From: Desulfonatronovibrionaceae bacterium
GTDB taxonomy: Bacteria; Desulfobacterota; Desulfovibrionia; Desulfovibrionales; Desulfonatronovibrionaceae
Direction: 5' to 3'
Length of the DNA: 36,705 bases
Assembly (NCBI GenBank): GCA_046539845.1
Contig: JBKHGE010000021.1
Location: 1 to 36,705, forward strand
Below, piece by piece: positions 18,457-28,666 of this stretch. Below the pieces are notes generated by a model, which was not told where the DNA came from, searched no databases, and saw only the letters and a program-made list of their open reading frames with translations. Positions within the stretch are counted from its first letter, which is position 1; every line of letters begins with the position of its first letter. The translations under genes and the position numbers were made by a program.

Positions 18457-21400
18457 GTGAGCCGTTTCTTTATAAACCGCCCCATATTCGCCTCGGTGAT
18501 CTCGATCATTATTGTCATCGCCGGGCTGGTCACCCTGTACAACCTGCCGGTTGCCCAGTACCCGGAGATCTCCCCGCCCACCGTACAGGTCACTGCCTCC
18601 TATCCCGGAGCCAGCGCCAAAGTGGTTTCAGAGACAGTTGCCCAGCCCATAGAGGAACAGGTCAACGGAGTGGAGGGCATGATGTATATGTCCTCGACCT
18701 GCTCCAGCGACGGGAGCTACCAGCTCACGGTCACCTTTGAGGTGGGCACGGATATGGACATGGCCACTGTTCTGGTCCAAAACCGGGTGGCCATAGCCGA
18801 GTCCTCGCTTCCGGATACGGTCAAGCGGCTGGGGGTAACCACCAAAAAACGGTCCACTGACATTGTACTCATGCTCGCTTTGACCTCGCCTGAAAAGGGC
18901 TTTGACGGGCTGTACCTGAGCAATTACGCCACCTTGAATATAAAGGACGAACTGGCCCGCCTGAACGGTGTGGGCGACGTGGCCATATTCGGGGCCGGGG
19001 ATTACAGCATGCGCGTCTGGCTGGACCCGGAGCTGCTCAAGGTCAGGGATCTGACCACCAATGACGTGGCCGCGGCCATTGAGGAGCAGAACGTGCAGGT
19101 GGCAGCCGGTCAGATTGGCCAGTCCCCGGCCCCGGAGGGTCAGGACTTTCAGTACGTGGTCAACGCCCGGGGCAGGCTGGAACAGGCCGAGCAGTTCGGG
19201 GAGATCATTGTCAAGAGTGAACGCGGGCGGGTGACCAGACTCAAGGACCTGGGCCGCATCGAGCTGGGCTCAAAGGCCTATGGGGTCAACAGCAGATACA
19301 AGGGCACGGACACCGCGCTCCTGGCGGTCTATCAGCTCCCCGGGGCCAACGCCTTGGATTTGTCCGAACGGGTCCTGTCCAAAATGGATGAGCTAGAGGG
19401 ATACTTTCCCCAGGGACTGACCTATGAAGTCCCTTTGAACACTACAGATTTTGTCCGGGCCTCCATCAACGAGGTGGTACAGACCCTCTTCATCGCCGTG
19501 ATTCTGGTCTTTATGACCATATTCGTCTTTCTGCAGGACTGGCGGGCCACCCTGATCCCGGCCGCGACCATCCCGGTCTCGCTCATCGGCACCTTCGCGG
19601 TCATGGGCCTGCTGGGTTTTTCCCTGAACATGCTCACCTTGTTCGGACTGGTCCTGGCCATTGGTATTGTGGTCGACGACGCCATTGTCGTGGTGGAAAA
19701 CACCTCCAGGAATATTGACGAACTGGGACTGGATCCCAAAGAGGCCACTATCCGGGCCATGCAGGAAGTAAGCGGGCCAGTGGTGTCCACCACTCTGGTT
19801 CTTCTCTCCGTGTTCGTACCCACCGCGTTTATGGGCGGCATAACCGGCCAGATGTATATGCAATTCGCCCTGACCATCGCCGCCTCCACCGTGTTCAGCG
19901 CCTTAAACGCCCTGACCCTGAGTCCGGCCTTAAGCGCCCTGGTCCTCAGGCCCTCCAAGCAAGGGAGGAAAAATATCCTTTTCCGGGGTTTCAACCGGGT
20001 ATTTGACGGCGGACACAGCGGATATATGCGCTTTATGGGCGGACTGGTCCGCAAGCCGCTTTTGGTCCTTATGTTCTTCTTGATTCTGAGCGCGGCCACG
20101 GGATGGGGATTTATGCGCCTGCCCACCGGGTTTCTGCCCACCGAGGATCAGGGCTATGTCATGGCCACCGCCCAGCTCCCGGACGGGGCGTCCTTCAGAC
20201 GGAGCCAAGAGGTCACCGGCCTCATAAACAATGAACTCACGGATATGGACGGGATTAAGAGCTGGGTCACTGTGGCCGGCTTTTCTCTTCTGGAGGCGAC
20301 CAACTCCCAGAACACGGTCACCACCTGGATTATCTTCCAGCCCTGGGAGGAGAGGACCGATCCGGGCCTGAGCCAGAAGGCCCTGCTCAAAAAGCTGTGG
20401 GGCAAATTCGGGCGGATACAGGAGGCGACCGTTCAGGTGTTCGCCCCGCCCCCCATCTCCGGACTGGGCACGACCGGGGGATTCTCCCTGCAATTGCAGG
20501 ACAGGTCGAACGCCGGATTTGTTGCCCTGCAGCAGATGGCCCAGGAGATAAGCAGGGACGCCTCCGCCCAGAGCGGGCTGCAGAATGTGTACTCCACCTT
20601 CAGGGCCAACGTGCCGCAGTATTTCGTAGAACTGGACCGAACCAAGGCCAAAAAGATGGAAGTGCCCCTGTCCAATGTATTCAACGCCATGCAGACCTAC
20701 CTGGGGTCCTCCTATGTCAACGACTTCACCAAGTTCGGCCGCAACTACCAGGTCAAGATGCAGGCCGAGGGACGCTTCCGGGCGGACGTGGAGGACATAT
20801 CCAAACTGGAGGTCAGAAACAGCCGCGGGGATATGCTCCCCTTGGGCACCCTGGTGGATGTCCAACAGGAGTTCGGGCCGCAGATAATCACTCGGTACAA
20901 CATGTACCCGGCGGCCGCGGTAAGCGGCAGTCCGGCCCCGGGCCTAAGCTCCGGGCAGGCCATGCAGCTCATGGAATCGCTTATGGACAGCAAGCTTCCA
21001 CAGTCATTGGGCTTTGAATGGACCGGGATGTCCTATCAGGAAAAACTGGCCGGGGGCAGCATAGTGATCATTTTCGCCCTGGCAGTGGTCTTCGTCTACC
21101 TGGTCCTGTGCGCCCAGTACGAAAGCTGGAAGACTTCCTTCGGGGTCATCCTGGCCGTGCCCCTGGCCCTTGTGGGCACGGTTACAGCGCTTATAATCGG
21201 GCACATGGACGTGAATGTATACACCCAGATCGGGATAGTCCTTTTGATCGCCCTGGCCTGCAAGAACGCCATTTTGGTTATCGAGTTCGCCCGGGACGCC
21301 AGCCTGAAAGGAAAAGACGTGCTCCATGCCGCTCTGGAGGCGGCCAGGCTGCGCTTCCGGCCCATTCTCATGACCTCGTTCGCGTTCATCCTCGGGGTCT

Positions 21401-21579
21401 TTCCCCTGGTCATTGCCTCCGGGGCGGGGGCCGCGGGCAGGCGGGCCCTGGGAACCGCGGTATTCGGGGGCATGATCGCGGCCACCCTGCTGAGCCTGGT
21501 CTTTGTCCCCTGCTTCTACGTACTGCTGAACCGGAGGAAGCGCAGGCCGGGACCGGATCAGGACCCGCCCCCCTCTTGA
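18457..21579 (+). CDS. HAE1-family RND efflux permease (AcrB/MexF-like)
   Basis: 1040 aa, GTG start; FFINRPIFA, VDDAIVVVEN, KNAIL, RFRPILMTS proton-relay motifs. Confidence 0.95.
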   Translation: MSRFFINRPIFASVISIIIVIAGLVTLYNLPVAQYPEISPPTVQVTASYPGASAKVVSETVAQPIEEQVNGVEGMMYMSSTCSSDGSYQLTVTFEVGTDMDMATVLVQNRVAIAESSLPDTVKRLGVTTKKRSTDIVLMLALTSPEKGFDGLYLSNYATLNIKDELARLNGVGDVAIFGAGDYSMRVWLDPELLKVRDLTTNDVAAAIEEQNVQVAAGQIGQSPAPEGQDFQYVVNARGRLEQAEQFGEIIVKSERGRVTRLKDLGRIELGSKAYGVNSRYKGTDTALLAVYQLPGANALDLSERVLSKMDELEGYFPQGLTYEVPLNTTDFVRASINEVVQTLFIAVILVFMTIFVFLQDWRATLIPAATIPVSLIGTFAVMGLLGFSLNMLTLFGLVLAIGIVVDDAIVVVENTSRNIDELGLDPKEATIRAMQEVSGPVVSTTLVLLSVFVPTAFMGGITGQMYMQFALTIAASTVFSALNALTLSPALSALVLRPSKQGRKNILFRGFNRVFDGGHSGYMRFMGGLVRKPLLVLMFFLILSAATGWGFMRLPTGFLPTEDQGYVMATAQLPDGASFRRSQEVTGLINNELTDMDGIKSWVTVAGFSLLEATNSQNTVTTWIIFQPWEERTDPGLSQKALLKKLWGKFGRIQEATVQVFAPPPISGLGTTGGFSLQLQDRSNAGFVALQQMAQEISRDASAQSGLQNVYSTFRANVPQYFVELDRTKAKKMEVPLSNVFNAMQTYLGSSYVNDFTKFGRNYQVKMQAEGRFRADVEDISKLEVRNSRGDMLPLGTLVDVQQEFGPQIITRYNMYPAAAVSGSPAPGLSSGQAMQLMESLMDSKLPQSLGFEWTGMSYQEKLAGGSIVIIFALAVVFVYLVLCAQYESWKTSFGVILAVPLALVGTVTALIIGHMDVNVYTQIGIVLLIALACKNAILVIEFARDASLKGKDVLHAALEAARLRFRPILMTSFAFILGVFPLVIASGAGAAGRRALGTAVFGGMIAATLLSLVFVPCFYVLLNRRKRRPGPDQDPPPS

Positions 21580-21658
21580 TTTGCAGCCCTTTGCGGACTT
21601 AAAATCATCTGCGTAGACGACGAATAACCGCAAAACACCACCCGGGAGTAAAAAAGAC

Positions 21659-23167
21659 ATGCCCGACTCTGCAGACAATATCTCCGGCCGGCTTTTGCCC
21701 CAGGCCATGGATGCGCTGCACACCGGAGTCCTTGTGTACGATCCGGACGGCCGGGTCCTCCATTGCAATCCGGCGGCGCTGCGCATGCTCGGCTGCGAAA
21801 AAAATCAGGTGCAAGGTAAAAAATACCCGGAATCAGGATCAGACCTGCTCGACGAACACGAAAACCCCCTTTCCCCTCAAGAGCACCCCGCACACAGGGC
21901 CCTGGTCACAGCAGAGGCAAAAGAAGGGATTTTGGGCATCCCTGAAGCCGATAAAACCACCTGGGTGCTGGTAAACGCCGAACCGATCCTGGAAAACGGA
22001 CAGGTCAAAAACGTAGTGGTCGGCCTGACCGACATCACCAGACGGGTAAATATGGCCAAGGCCCTGCGCCACACCCGGATCTCCATGCAGGACATAATAG
22101 ACCACACCCCGCTCGGGGTGTGCGTTACCGACAGACACGGATACTTCGAGTCCGTGAACAATGCCTATTGCCGGCTTTACGGCTACCAGCAGTCCGAACT
22201 CTTAGGCGCGCACTTCACCATTGTGGTCCCGGCAAAGGACAAAAGCCGCCTGGCTGAGCTGCACGACCGGTTCATTGCCCGCGGAGCGGAGATCCGCGGG
22301 CAATGGGAGGTGGTGGACCGGGAGGGCCGGCCCAGAAACATCCTGGCCGACGCGGCCCGGATCCATAGCGAAGAGGGAGAGCCCAAAAAAGTCACCTTTG
22401 TCATGGATGTCACCCGGGAGATGGAATTCCGGCGCGAACTGGAGAAAAAAAACCGAAAGCTGGAGGAGTTGAACGCCTCCAAGGATCGCTTTCTGGGCAT
22501 GGCCGCCCACGATCTGCGCTCCCCGCTCGGGGGAATCAAAAGTTTCTCAGACATGCTTTTGGAAGGCATGGCCGGGGAGTTGAACCAGGAACAGCGCGAA
22601 TACATGCAGCTAATATCCACCTCCAGCGCCGGGCTTTTAAATCTGGTAAACGACCTTTTAGATATAAACGCCATCGCCCGGGGCAGGCTGGAACTGAACA
22701 TCAAGCCTGCAGACCTAAAAGGGCTTATAAGCCAAAGCATCCACAAACAGAACCTTTTGGCCCGGAAAAAGGGGATCTCGGTCACCGGAGACCTGGAGGA
22801 CATCCCAAAAGCCCGACTGGATCCGGAACGGATAAACCAAGTCCTGGACAACCTCTTGTCCAACGCCATCAAATTCTCGCCCCAGGGAAGTACAGTACGG
22901 GTCTTTCTGGCCGCAGACGGCGATGACGTGCTGATCCGGGTGGCGGATAACGGCCCGGGTATCCCTGCAGAAGAGCAAAAATCCCTTTTCTCTGAATTCC
23001 ACCGCGGCCGGGTAGCGCCCACCGGGAACGAGTCCTCAACCGGTCTGGGGCTGGCCATAGTCAAGCGTATAGTCGAGGTCCACGGCGGCAGCATCCATAT
23101 TGAAAGCTCGCCCGGAACCGGTGCGGAATTCATCGTCCGCCTGCCCGGAGCCCTGAAAACCGGATAG
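21659..23167 (+). CDS. Cytoplasmic PAS-PAS sensor histidine kinase
   Basis: Two PAS/PAC segments; AHDLRSP, NLLSNAIKFS, DNGPGI, TGLGL; no transmembrane helix evident. Confidence 0.9.
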   Translation: MPDSADNISGRLLPQAMDALHTGVLVYDPDGRVLHCNPAALRMLGCEKNQVQGKKYPESGSDLLDEHENPLSPQEHPAHRALVTAEAKEGILGIPEADKTTWVLVNAEPILENGQVKNVVVGLTDITRRVNMAKALRHTRISMQDIIDHTPLGVCVTDRHGYFESVNNAYCRLYGYQQSELLGAHFTIVVPAKDKSRLAELHDRFIARGAEIRGQWEVVDREGRPRNILADAARIHSEEGEPKKVTFVMDVTREMEFRRELEKKNRKLEELNASKDRFLGMAAHDLRSPLGGIKSFSDMLLEGMAGELNQEQREYMQLISTSSAGLLNLVNDLLDINAIARGRLELNIKPADLKGLISQSIHKQNLLARKKGISVTGDLEDIPKARLDPERINQVLDNLLSNAIKFSPQGSTVRVFLAADGDDVLIRVADNGPGIPAEEQKSLFSEFHRGRVAPTGNESSTGLGLAIVKRIVEVHGGSIHIESSPGTGAEFIVRLPGALKTG

Positions 23168-23430
23168 ATATCCCCTAAAAATCGAAATCAGGATCGAAAT
23201 CAAGAAGGCATCATGACCCTGGGTGAACAAGCAGCCGCTTTTTATCCTCCTCCGGGCCGCAGGGAAAACCAGGGACAGTCATTCAGCCATTCAGCTCCCC
23301 GATCGTCTGCCGTGGACCCAGATCAGACTACGGCTTGGTCCCAAAAAGGACTGGAAACCGGATCCATGCGGACTGTTTATTGTTTTCCCCGGCCTAGTCG
23401 GCCAGAACCAGTGCCGTACCGATTTAAGGC

Positions 23431-24876
23431 TCAGGTCGAGGTGTCTGCGACCTTTTGGATCTCCACCCGGGCCGGAGGGGCCTGTTTCTGCTTGTTCTCT
23501 CCAAAATAAACGGTCTGATGCGGAAAGGGGATCTCAATGCCCAGCTCGTCAAAGCGATTCTTTATCCGCCTGCGGAAATCGCGCTCCAGAGACCAGCGTT
23601 TGAACGGAGCGGTCTTAAACCGGGTCCGGACCACCACTGCCGAGTCTCCAAGCTCAATCAGACCCAGTATCTGTAATTCACTTAATATATCCGAATTTAT
23701 GGTTGGATCCCGGCGCATCTCCTCCGCCACCTCCCGGACCACGCCTATGACCTCGTCCACGTTTTCCCGATAAGCGAAGCCCACCTCCACTACAGCATAC
23801 CCGAACTCCCGGGTCTGATTGGTTATAGTCACCACCGAACTCCAGGGCACGGTATGCAAATTGCCGTAAATGTCCCGGACGGTCACGTGGCGGATGGTCA
23901 GACCCTCCACCTGTCCGTCATGGCCACCCAAAAGCACCCAGTCCCCGATATTTATGGTGTTTTCCAAAAGGACAAAAAAGCCGGTCAAGAGGTCCTTGAC
24001 CAGGGTCTGGGACCCAAAGCCTATAGCCAGACCGACTATCCCGGCCCCGGCCAGAAGCGGGGTTATGTTTATTCCCAATTCAGACAAAACAATCAAAAGG
24101 GTGATCACCGAAAGGATGACCAGTAGGGCGTTTCTGAGTAGCGGAAGCAGAGTCTGCAACCGCCTCTCCCAGGCTCCGCCCAGCGAAAGCCCGGCCAAAT
24201 GCCTGTACAGGATATGGTTTGCAAGCTCCCAAACAATATACGCCCCGGCAAGGACAAAGACAATGGCCGCCCCGCTTTTCAGTGACGTCTGCACCGCCTC
24301 CGTACCGGCCAGGGCTCCGACGTCCGCGCCCCAGATATAAAGGAGCCCGGCGGCGGCGAAGAAGAACAAAACACTCAAAGACAAGGCCTTGACCGGCCAT
24401 TTCGACTCCAGCCGGGGGATCAGCCTGCCCCGGATCAGGCGCCACAAAAAATATACCGCCAAAAGCAAAACAAGGCTGAACACAACCCTCTTGCCCAGGA
24501 CAAACAATGCCCGTGGGGAGGTGAAAGTCTCGGTCAGCATGTCCAGGGTCTTTTGCCCGGTCTGAGAAAAATCGCTCCATATGATCTCCGACAGAGTCTC
24601 CTCCCCGGAACCCTCAAAATCGCTCGCCTTGTCCCCTTCCTGATCCGCGGCCTTGGACTCCAGCCTCTGAATGAGCATCCGCCGTTTCTTGTCGTCCTTA
24701 AGGATCTCCACCAGGCGGTCCACGTCTTTTTCCGCCTGCTTTTCATTTCCAGCCCCTTTTGCGGTCAAAAGGTCTGTGGGGGCGGATTCCGCGGCAAGCG
24801 CTGTTGGAAGGGCGGCAAAAATCCCGGCCAGAACAATTATCATAACCCAAAGGTCTATAAACCGCTTTACAGGCAT
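23431..24876 (-). CDS. MscS-family mechanosensitive channel (YbiO-like)
   Basis: LLAGAGIVGLAIGFGSQTLVKD, GQVEGLTIR, GIEIPFP; signal-like N-terminus and extra TM helices. Confidence 0.9.
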   Translation of the reverse strand: MPVKRFIDLWVMIIVLAGIFAALPTALAAESAPTDLLTAKGAGNEKQAEKDVDRLVEILKDDKKRRMLIQRLESKAADQEGDKASDFEGSGEETLSEIIWSDFSQTGQKTLDMLTETFTSPRALFVLGKRVVFSLVLLLAVYFLWRLIRGRLIPRLESKWPVKALSLSVLFFFAAAGLLYIWGADVGALAGTEAVQTSLKSGAAIVFVLAGAYIVWELANHILYRHLAGLSLGGAWERRLQTLLPLLRNALLVILSVITLLIVLSELGINITPLLAGAGIVGLAIGFGSQTLVKDLLTGFFVLLENTINIGDWVLLGGHDGQVEGLTIRHVTVRDIYGNLHTVPWSSVVTITNQTREFGYAVVEVGFAYRENVDEVIGVVREVAEEMRRDPTINSDILSELQILGLIELGDSAVVVRTRFKTAPFKRWSLERDFRRRIKNRFDELGIEIPFPHQTVYFGENKQKQAPPARVEIQKVADTST

Positions 24877-24931
24877 AAATCACCCTATGTCTTCGGACCG
24901 GTCCCGGGAACATAAGCCCGGGTTGGACAGA

Positions 24932-26390
24932 TCAAAGCCGAAAACGCCGGCCCATATATTCATTAATTTTTTGCAAAAGATCCTCGTTTGTCACCGGCTT
25001 GGCCAGGTAGTCGTTCATACCTACGGCCAAAAACCTCTCCCTGTCCCCGCTCATGGCATAGGCGGTCAGGGCGATAATCGGCATCTGCGCATAATCCGCG
25101 CCCGAGAAGCGGATGGCCCTGGTCGCCTCCACTCCGTCCATTTCCGGCATCTGGACATCCATAAGCACGCAGTCAAAACTCTCCCTCTCCAGAACGGACA
25201 ACACCTCCTGCCCGGTCTGCGCCCCAAAGACCCTGAAACCGTGCTTTCCCAAGAGCCGGCGGACATGCATGCGGGTGACCGGGTCGTCGTCCGCAACAAG
25301 GACCTTGCCCCATACCCGCTCCGGACTCGGATCAAAGGCCTCATCCGACCCGGAGCGCTCCGGATCATCCGGGGCCGGAGAAAAGGGAAGGGAGACATAG
25401 ACCGCAGTCCCCTCACCCCTGGCGCTGTTTATGCACAGACTGCCGTTCATGAGCCGGACCAAGCGCTTGACCAAAGGCAGGCCTAGGCCGGCACCCTCGT
25501 GCTGTCTGGAAAATACCGGGCCGCCGGATTTTGCCTGGACAAAAAGCTCAAATACCTCGTCCAGCTCATTCGCAGATATTCCGGGTCCGCTGTCACTGAC
25601 CACGAACAGCACCCGGCGGCTCTTTTCCTCCCCGACCGGCAGGAGTAGGGCGTATACTTCCACCTGGCCGTTTTTGGTATCTTTGCAGGCATTTCCCACC
25701 AGATTGAATAGGACCTGGGTCAGGCGGGTACTGTCGCCTATGAGCCTGTCCGGGATTTTTCCATCCAGATAATCCACAAGCAGATTATTGTTCTGCTCCG
25801 CTACGTGCCCGAATATGTCCCGGATGGAGCGCATTATCTCCGCCGGGCTGAAGACCTCGTCCCTTATCTCCAGCCTGTCCGCCTCGATCCGGGACAGATC
25901 CAGGATATCGGTTAAGAGCCGGCTCAATCGCTGTGTGGATTTTCTGGCCATCTCCACGTATTCGGCCTGCTCCCGGTCCAACTCCGTGGTCTGCATGAGC
26001 TGGTGCATTCCCAGTATCCCGTTTAGCGGGGTCTGGATCTCGTGGCTCATATTGGTCAGAAACTTCGGATTTGGCCCTGTTTGCGGCCTCGGCCTTCTCC
26101 TTGGCCTCTTTCAAATCGGTCACCTCGGCCACTAAAGACAAAATAGTCACCATCCGGTCCTCTTCGTCGTGCAAGGCGGAATTATACCACTCGCAATGCA
26201 CTGTGTTCCCTTCCCGGCGCAGGTTGCGGTTGCTGATCCGGCTGATGGTGGTCGTGCCGTCAAAAAGTCGCTCTATCCTCTGCTGGGTGTATTCCCGGTC
26301 CTCGGGGTGAACGAACTCAAAATCCGACCAGTTTTTTCCCAGCACTTCCTCCGCCTTCCAGCCGAATATGGCTTCCGCCCGCGGCGACAA
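24932..26390 (-). pseudogene. PAS-HisKA-HATPase-REC hybrid histidine kinase, 5'-truncated and frameshifted
   Basis: PAS fragment ending AEAANRAKSE is out of frame with FLTNMSHEIQTPLNG because of one extra base near 26063-26065; the PAS begins mid-domain. Confidence 0.85.
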
Positions 26391-26496
26391 GGGTGTTGTA
26401 TCCCGGAATGCGGCGTACCCGCGTCTTGTTCATCCGGATAAAGACCAAAACCCCCAGGCCCAAAATGAGCATGATCAGCTCATCTCCGTGGATCGT
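26380..26496 (-). pseudogene. Remnant 5' end of a small membrane protein gene
   Basis: AAGGGGG RBS-like element, then ACG (possible decayed ATG), then IHGDELIMLILGLGVLVFIRMNKTRVRRIPGYNTLVAA, after which the sequence becomes the PAS kinase in another frame. Confidence 0.5.
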
Positions 26497-26506
26497 CCCT
26501 ACCCCC

Positions 26507-28309
26507 TTATTTGCCGGTTGCTTCTTTTTCCGGCCTGATGCCCTTGCCCACCGGGATCTCAAACTCCTCGGTCTCCGGATTTATCTTCTCGATTATAGTC
26601 GCGTGATAGTGCTCTTCCTGCAGTCCCTTAAACAGACTGTAGGACATGATTATTAACACAAAGGTAAAGGGCAGTCCGGTGGCTATGGAAGCGCTTTGCA
26701 GAGCGGTCAACCCGCCGCCCAGAAGGAGGACGGCCGCCAAAAGCCCCTCGGTCACCGCCCAGAAGACCCGCTGCGGCACGGGCGAGTCCAGCTTGCCCCC
26801 GGAGGTGAGGTGGTCCACGACCAGGGAGCCGGAGTCCGAGGAAGTGACAAAAAACACGGTCACCAGGATGACACAGACAAAAGAGGTTATCTTGACCAGC
26901 GGGAAATTCTCCAGCAGGACAAACAAAGCGGTGGACACCTCTTCGTTTACTGCCGAGGCAATGTCAGCGGCCCCGGTGGTCTGCAGCCACAACGCGGAAC
27001 CGCCGAACGAGGACATCCACAAAAAGGACAATACGGTGGGAAAGACCATCACCCCGAGGATGAACTCCCGTACGGTGCGGCCCTTGGAGACCCGGGCAAT
27101 GAACATGCCCACAAACGGTGACCAGGATATCCACCACCCCCAGTAAAAAATGGTCCACGGGTTCTGCCAGCTGCTCCCCTCCGCGCCGTAAAAGGTCTCC
27201 ACCCAGAAACTCAGCTGGGGCAGGTTCTGGATATAAAAGCCCAGGTTCTGGGTAAAGGCCTGCAGGATATATACAGTCGGCCCGACCACAAGCAAAAAGA
27301 GCATAAATATCCCGGCCAGATACAGATTGGCCGAACTGAGCATCTTTACGCCCTTGTCCAGGCCGGCGACCACAGACAGAGTGGCGAACAAGGTGATCAC
27401 CCCGATCAGAAGCACCGCGTACCACACCGTGTCCGGGAACCCGAACAGGTAGTTGAGCCCGGAGGAGACCTGCTTGACCCCGAGGCCCAGAGATGTGGCC
27501 AGTCCAAACAAAGTGGCCAGTACCGAAAGGATATCAATGACATTGCCCCAAAACCCGTAGATCTTTTCCCCCAAAAGGGGATGAAAGATAGAGCGGATGG
27601 TCAGGGGCAGCCCGCGGTTAAAAGCGAAAAAGGCCAGGGAAAGCCCGACCAGGGCGTATATACCCCACGGGTGCAATCCCCAATGGAAATAGGTCAGACC
27701 CAAGGCCACCTGGGCGGCCTGGGCGGACTCGGCCGGGACGTCGAACATGGGCGAGGGGGTCATGTAGTGGAAAATGGGCTCGGCCACGCTCCAGAACATG
27801 AGCCCGATGCCCATGCCCGCACTAATGAGCATGGCATACCAGCTGAAGGTGCTGAACTCCGGCAGGGCGTCCGGGCCGCCGATGCGAATCTTACCAAAGC
27901 GGCTGGAGGCGATCAGGACCATGACCAGGACAAAAAAATTGGCCGCCAGAATATACAGCCAGCCGAAGGTGTTCCCGATCCCGTCCAGCACATTCTGAAA
28001 AAGCGCTGCCGCCTGGGACTTGAAGACAAAAGTGAAGACAATGAACAAAAAGATCAGAAGTCCGGCCGTGAGACACACCTGGGGATGGATGTCAAACCCG
28101 AAGCCCGTCCAATTGCTCTCCCCGGGTTTGTGTCCGTGCGATTCGTCGTAGTAACTGGCGTTGGGCACGATCTGCAGGCCGCGCAGGACCTGCCTTTCCT
28201 TTATGGCCTTGCGCTTCTGTTTTTCCCAGTGCTCGCGGGCAGCCTCAATCGCTTTACGCTGATAGGAACGATCTTCTGCCTGTCCTTTAACACTTTTTTC
28301 TTCTGCCAT
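26507..28309 (-). CDS. BCCT-family (betaine/choline/carnitine) transporter
   Basis: SAGMGIGLMFWSVAEP, FHWGLHPW, WTIFYWGWWISWSPFVGMFIARVSKGRT, FFVTSSDS. Confidence 0.95.
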   Translation of the reverse strand: MAEEKSVKGQAEDRSYQRKAIEAAREHWEKQKRKAIKERQVLRGLQIVPNASYYDESHGHKPGESNWTGFGFDIHPQVCLTAGLLIFLFIVFTFVFKSQAAALFQNVLDGIGNTFGWLYILAANFFVLVMVLIASSRFGKIRIGGPDALPEFSTFSWYAMLISAGMGIGLMFWSVAEPIFHYMTPSPMFDVPAESAQAAQVALGLTYFHWGLHPWGIYALVGLSLAFFAFNRGLPLTIRSIFHPLLGEKIYGFWGNVIDILSVLATLFGLATSLGLGVKQVSSGLNYLFGFPDTVWYAVLLIGVITLFATLSVVAGLDKGVKMLSSANLYLAGIFMLFLLVVGPTVYILQAFTQNLGFYIQNLPQLSFWVETFYGAEGSSWQNPWTIFYWGWWISWSPFVGMFIARVSKGRTVREFILGVMVFPTVLSFLWMSSFGGSALWLQTTGAADIASAVNEEVSTALFVLLENFPLVKITSFVCVILVTVFFVTSSDSGSLVVDHLTSGGKLDSPVPQRVFWAVTEGLLAAVLLLGGGLTALQSASIATGLPFTFVLIIMSYSLFKGLQEEHYHATIIEKINPETEEFEIPVGKGIRPEKEATGK

Positions 28310-28580
28310 GTTCTGTTCCCTTTACAATCTGTACGGATTAAATCCACAAATTAAAAGACGATCAGCCCAATAGAAGTCAAAAAAATATTATAATAGACCG
28401 GACTGAGAAGGGCCAAAACAAAGAACTTTATTATTCCCTTGTCTCTAGTCTAGCAGTAAATCCATGTTTTGCCTAGTAAGAATTGGGGTTGCTCCCCTGC
28501 TATGGATTTTTATATTCAGTCCGTTTCCAGTCCTGAACGACCAGAATCTTTTACTTAAACGGATTGAGCCGAGCCAAATG

Positions 28581-28609
28581 TTGTCAGCCCGGATATTTTC
28601 CGTTAACTT
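28581..28609 (+). promoter_or_regulatory. Putative sigma70 promoter for the MASE3 kinase gene
   Basis: TTGTCA-N17-TAACTT, 57 nt upstream of ATG 28667. Confidence 0.3.
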
Positions 28610-28666
28610 TATAATAATGCAGCCTTGTGCCCAGAATAAACAAGCAATACAAAGGAACGGGTAGGC

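Noticed and set aside
23181..23202. Direct repeat ATCGAAATCA x2 with 12-bp period
   Set aside because: Only two copies, between convergent gene ends; no supportable function.
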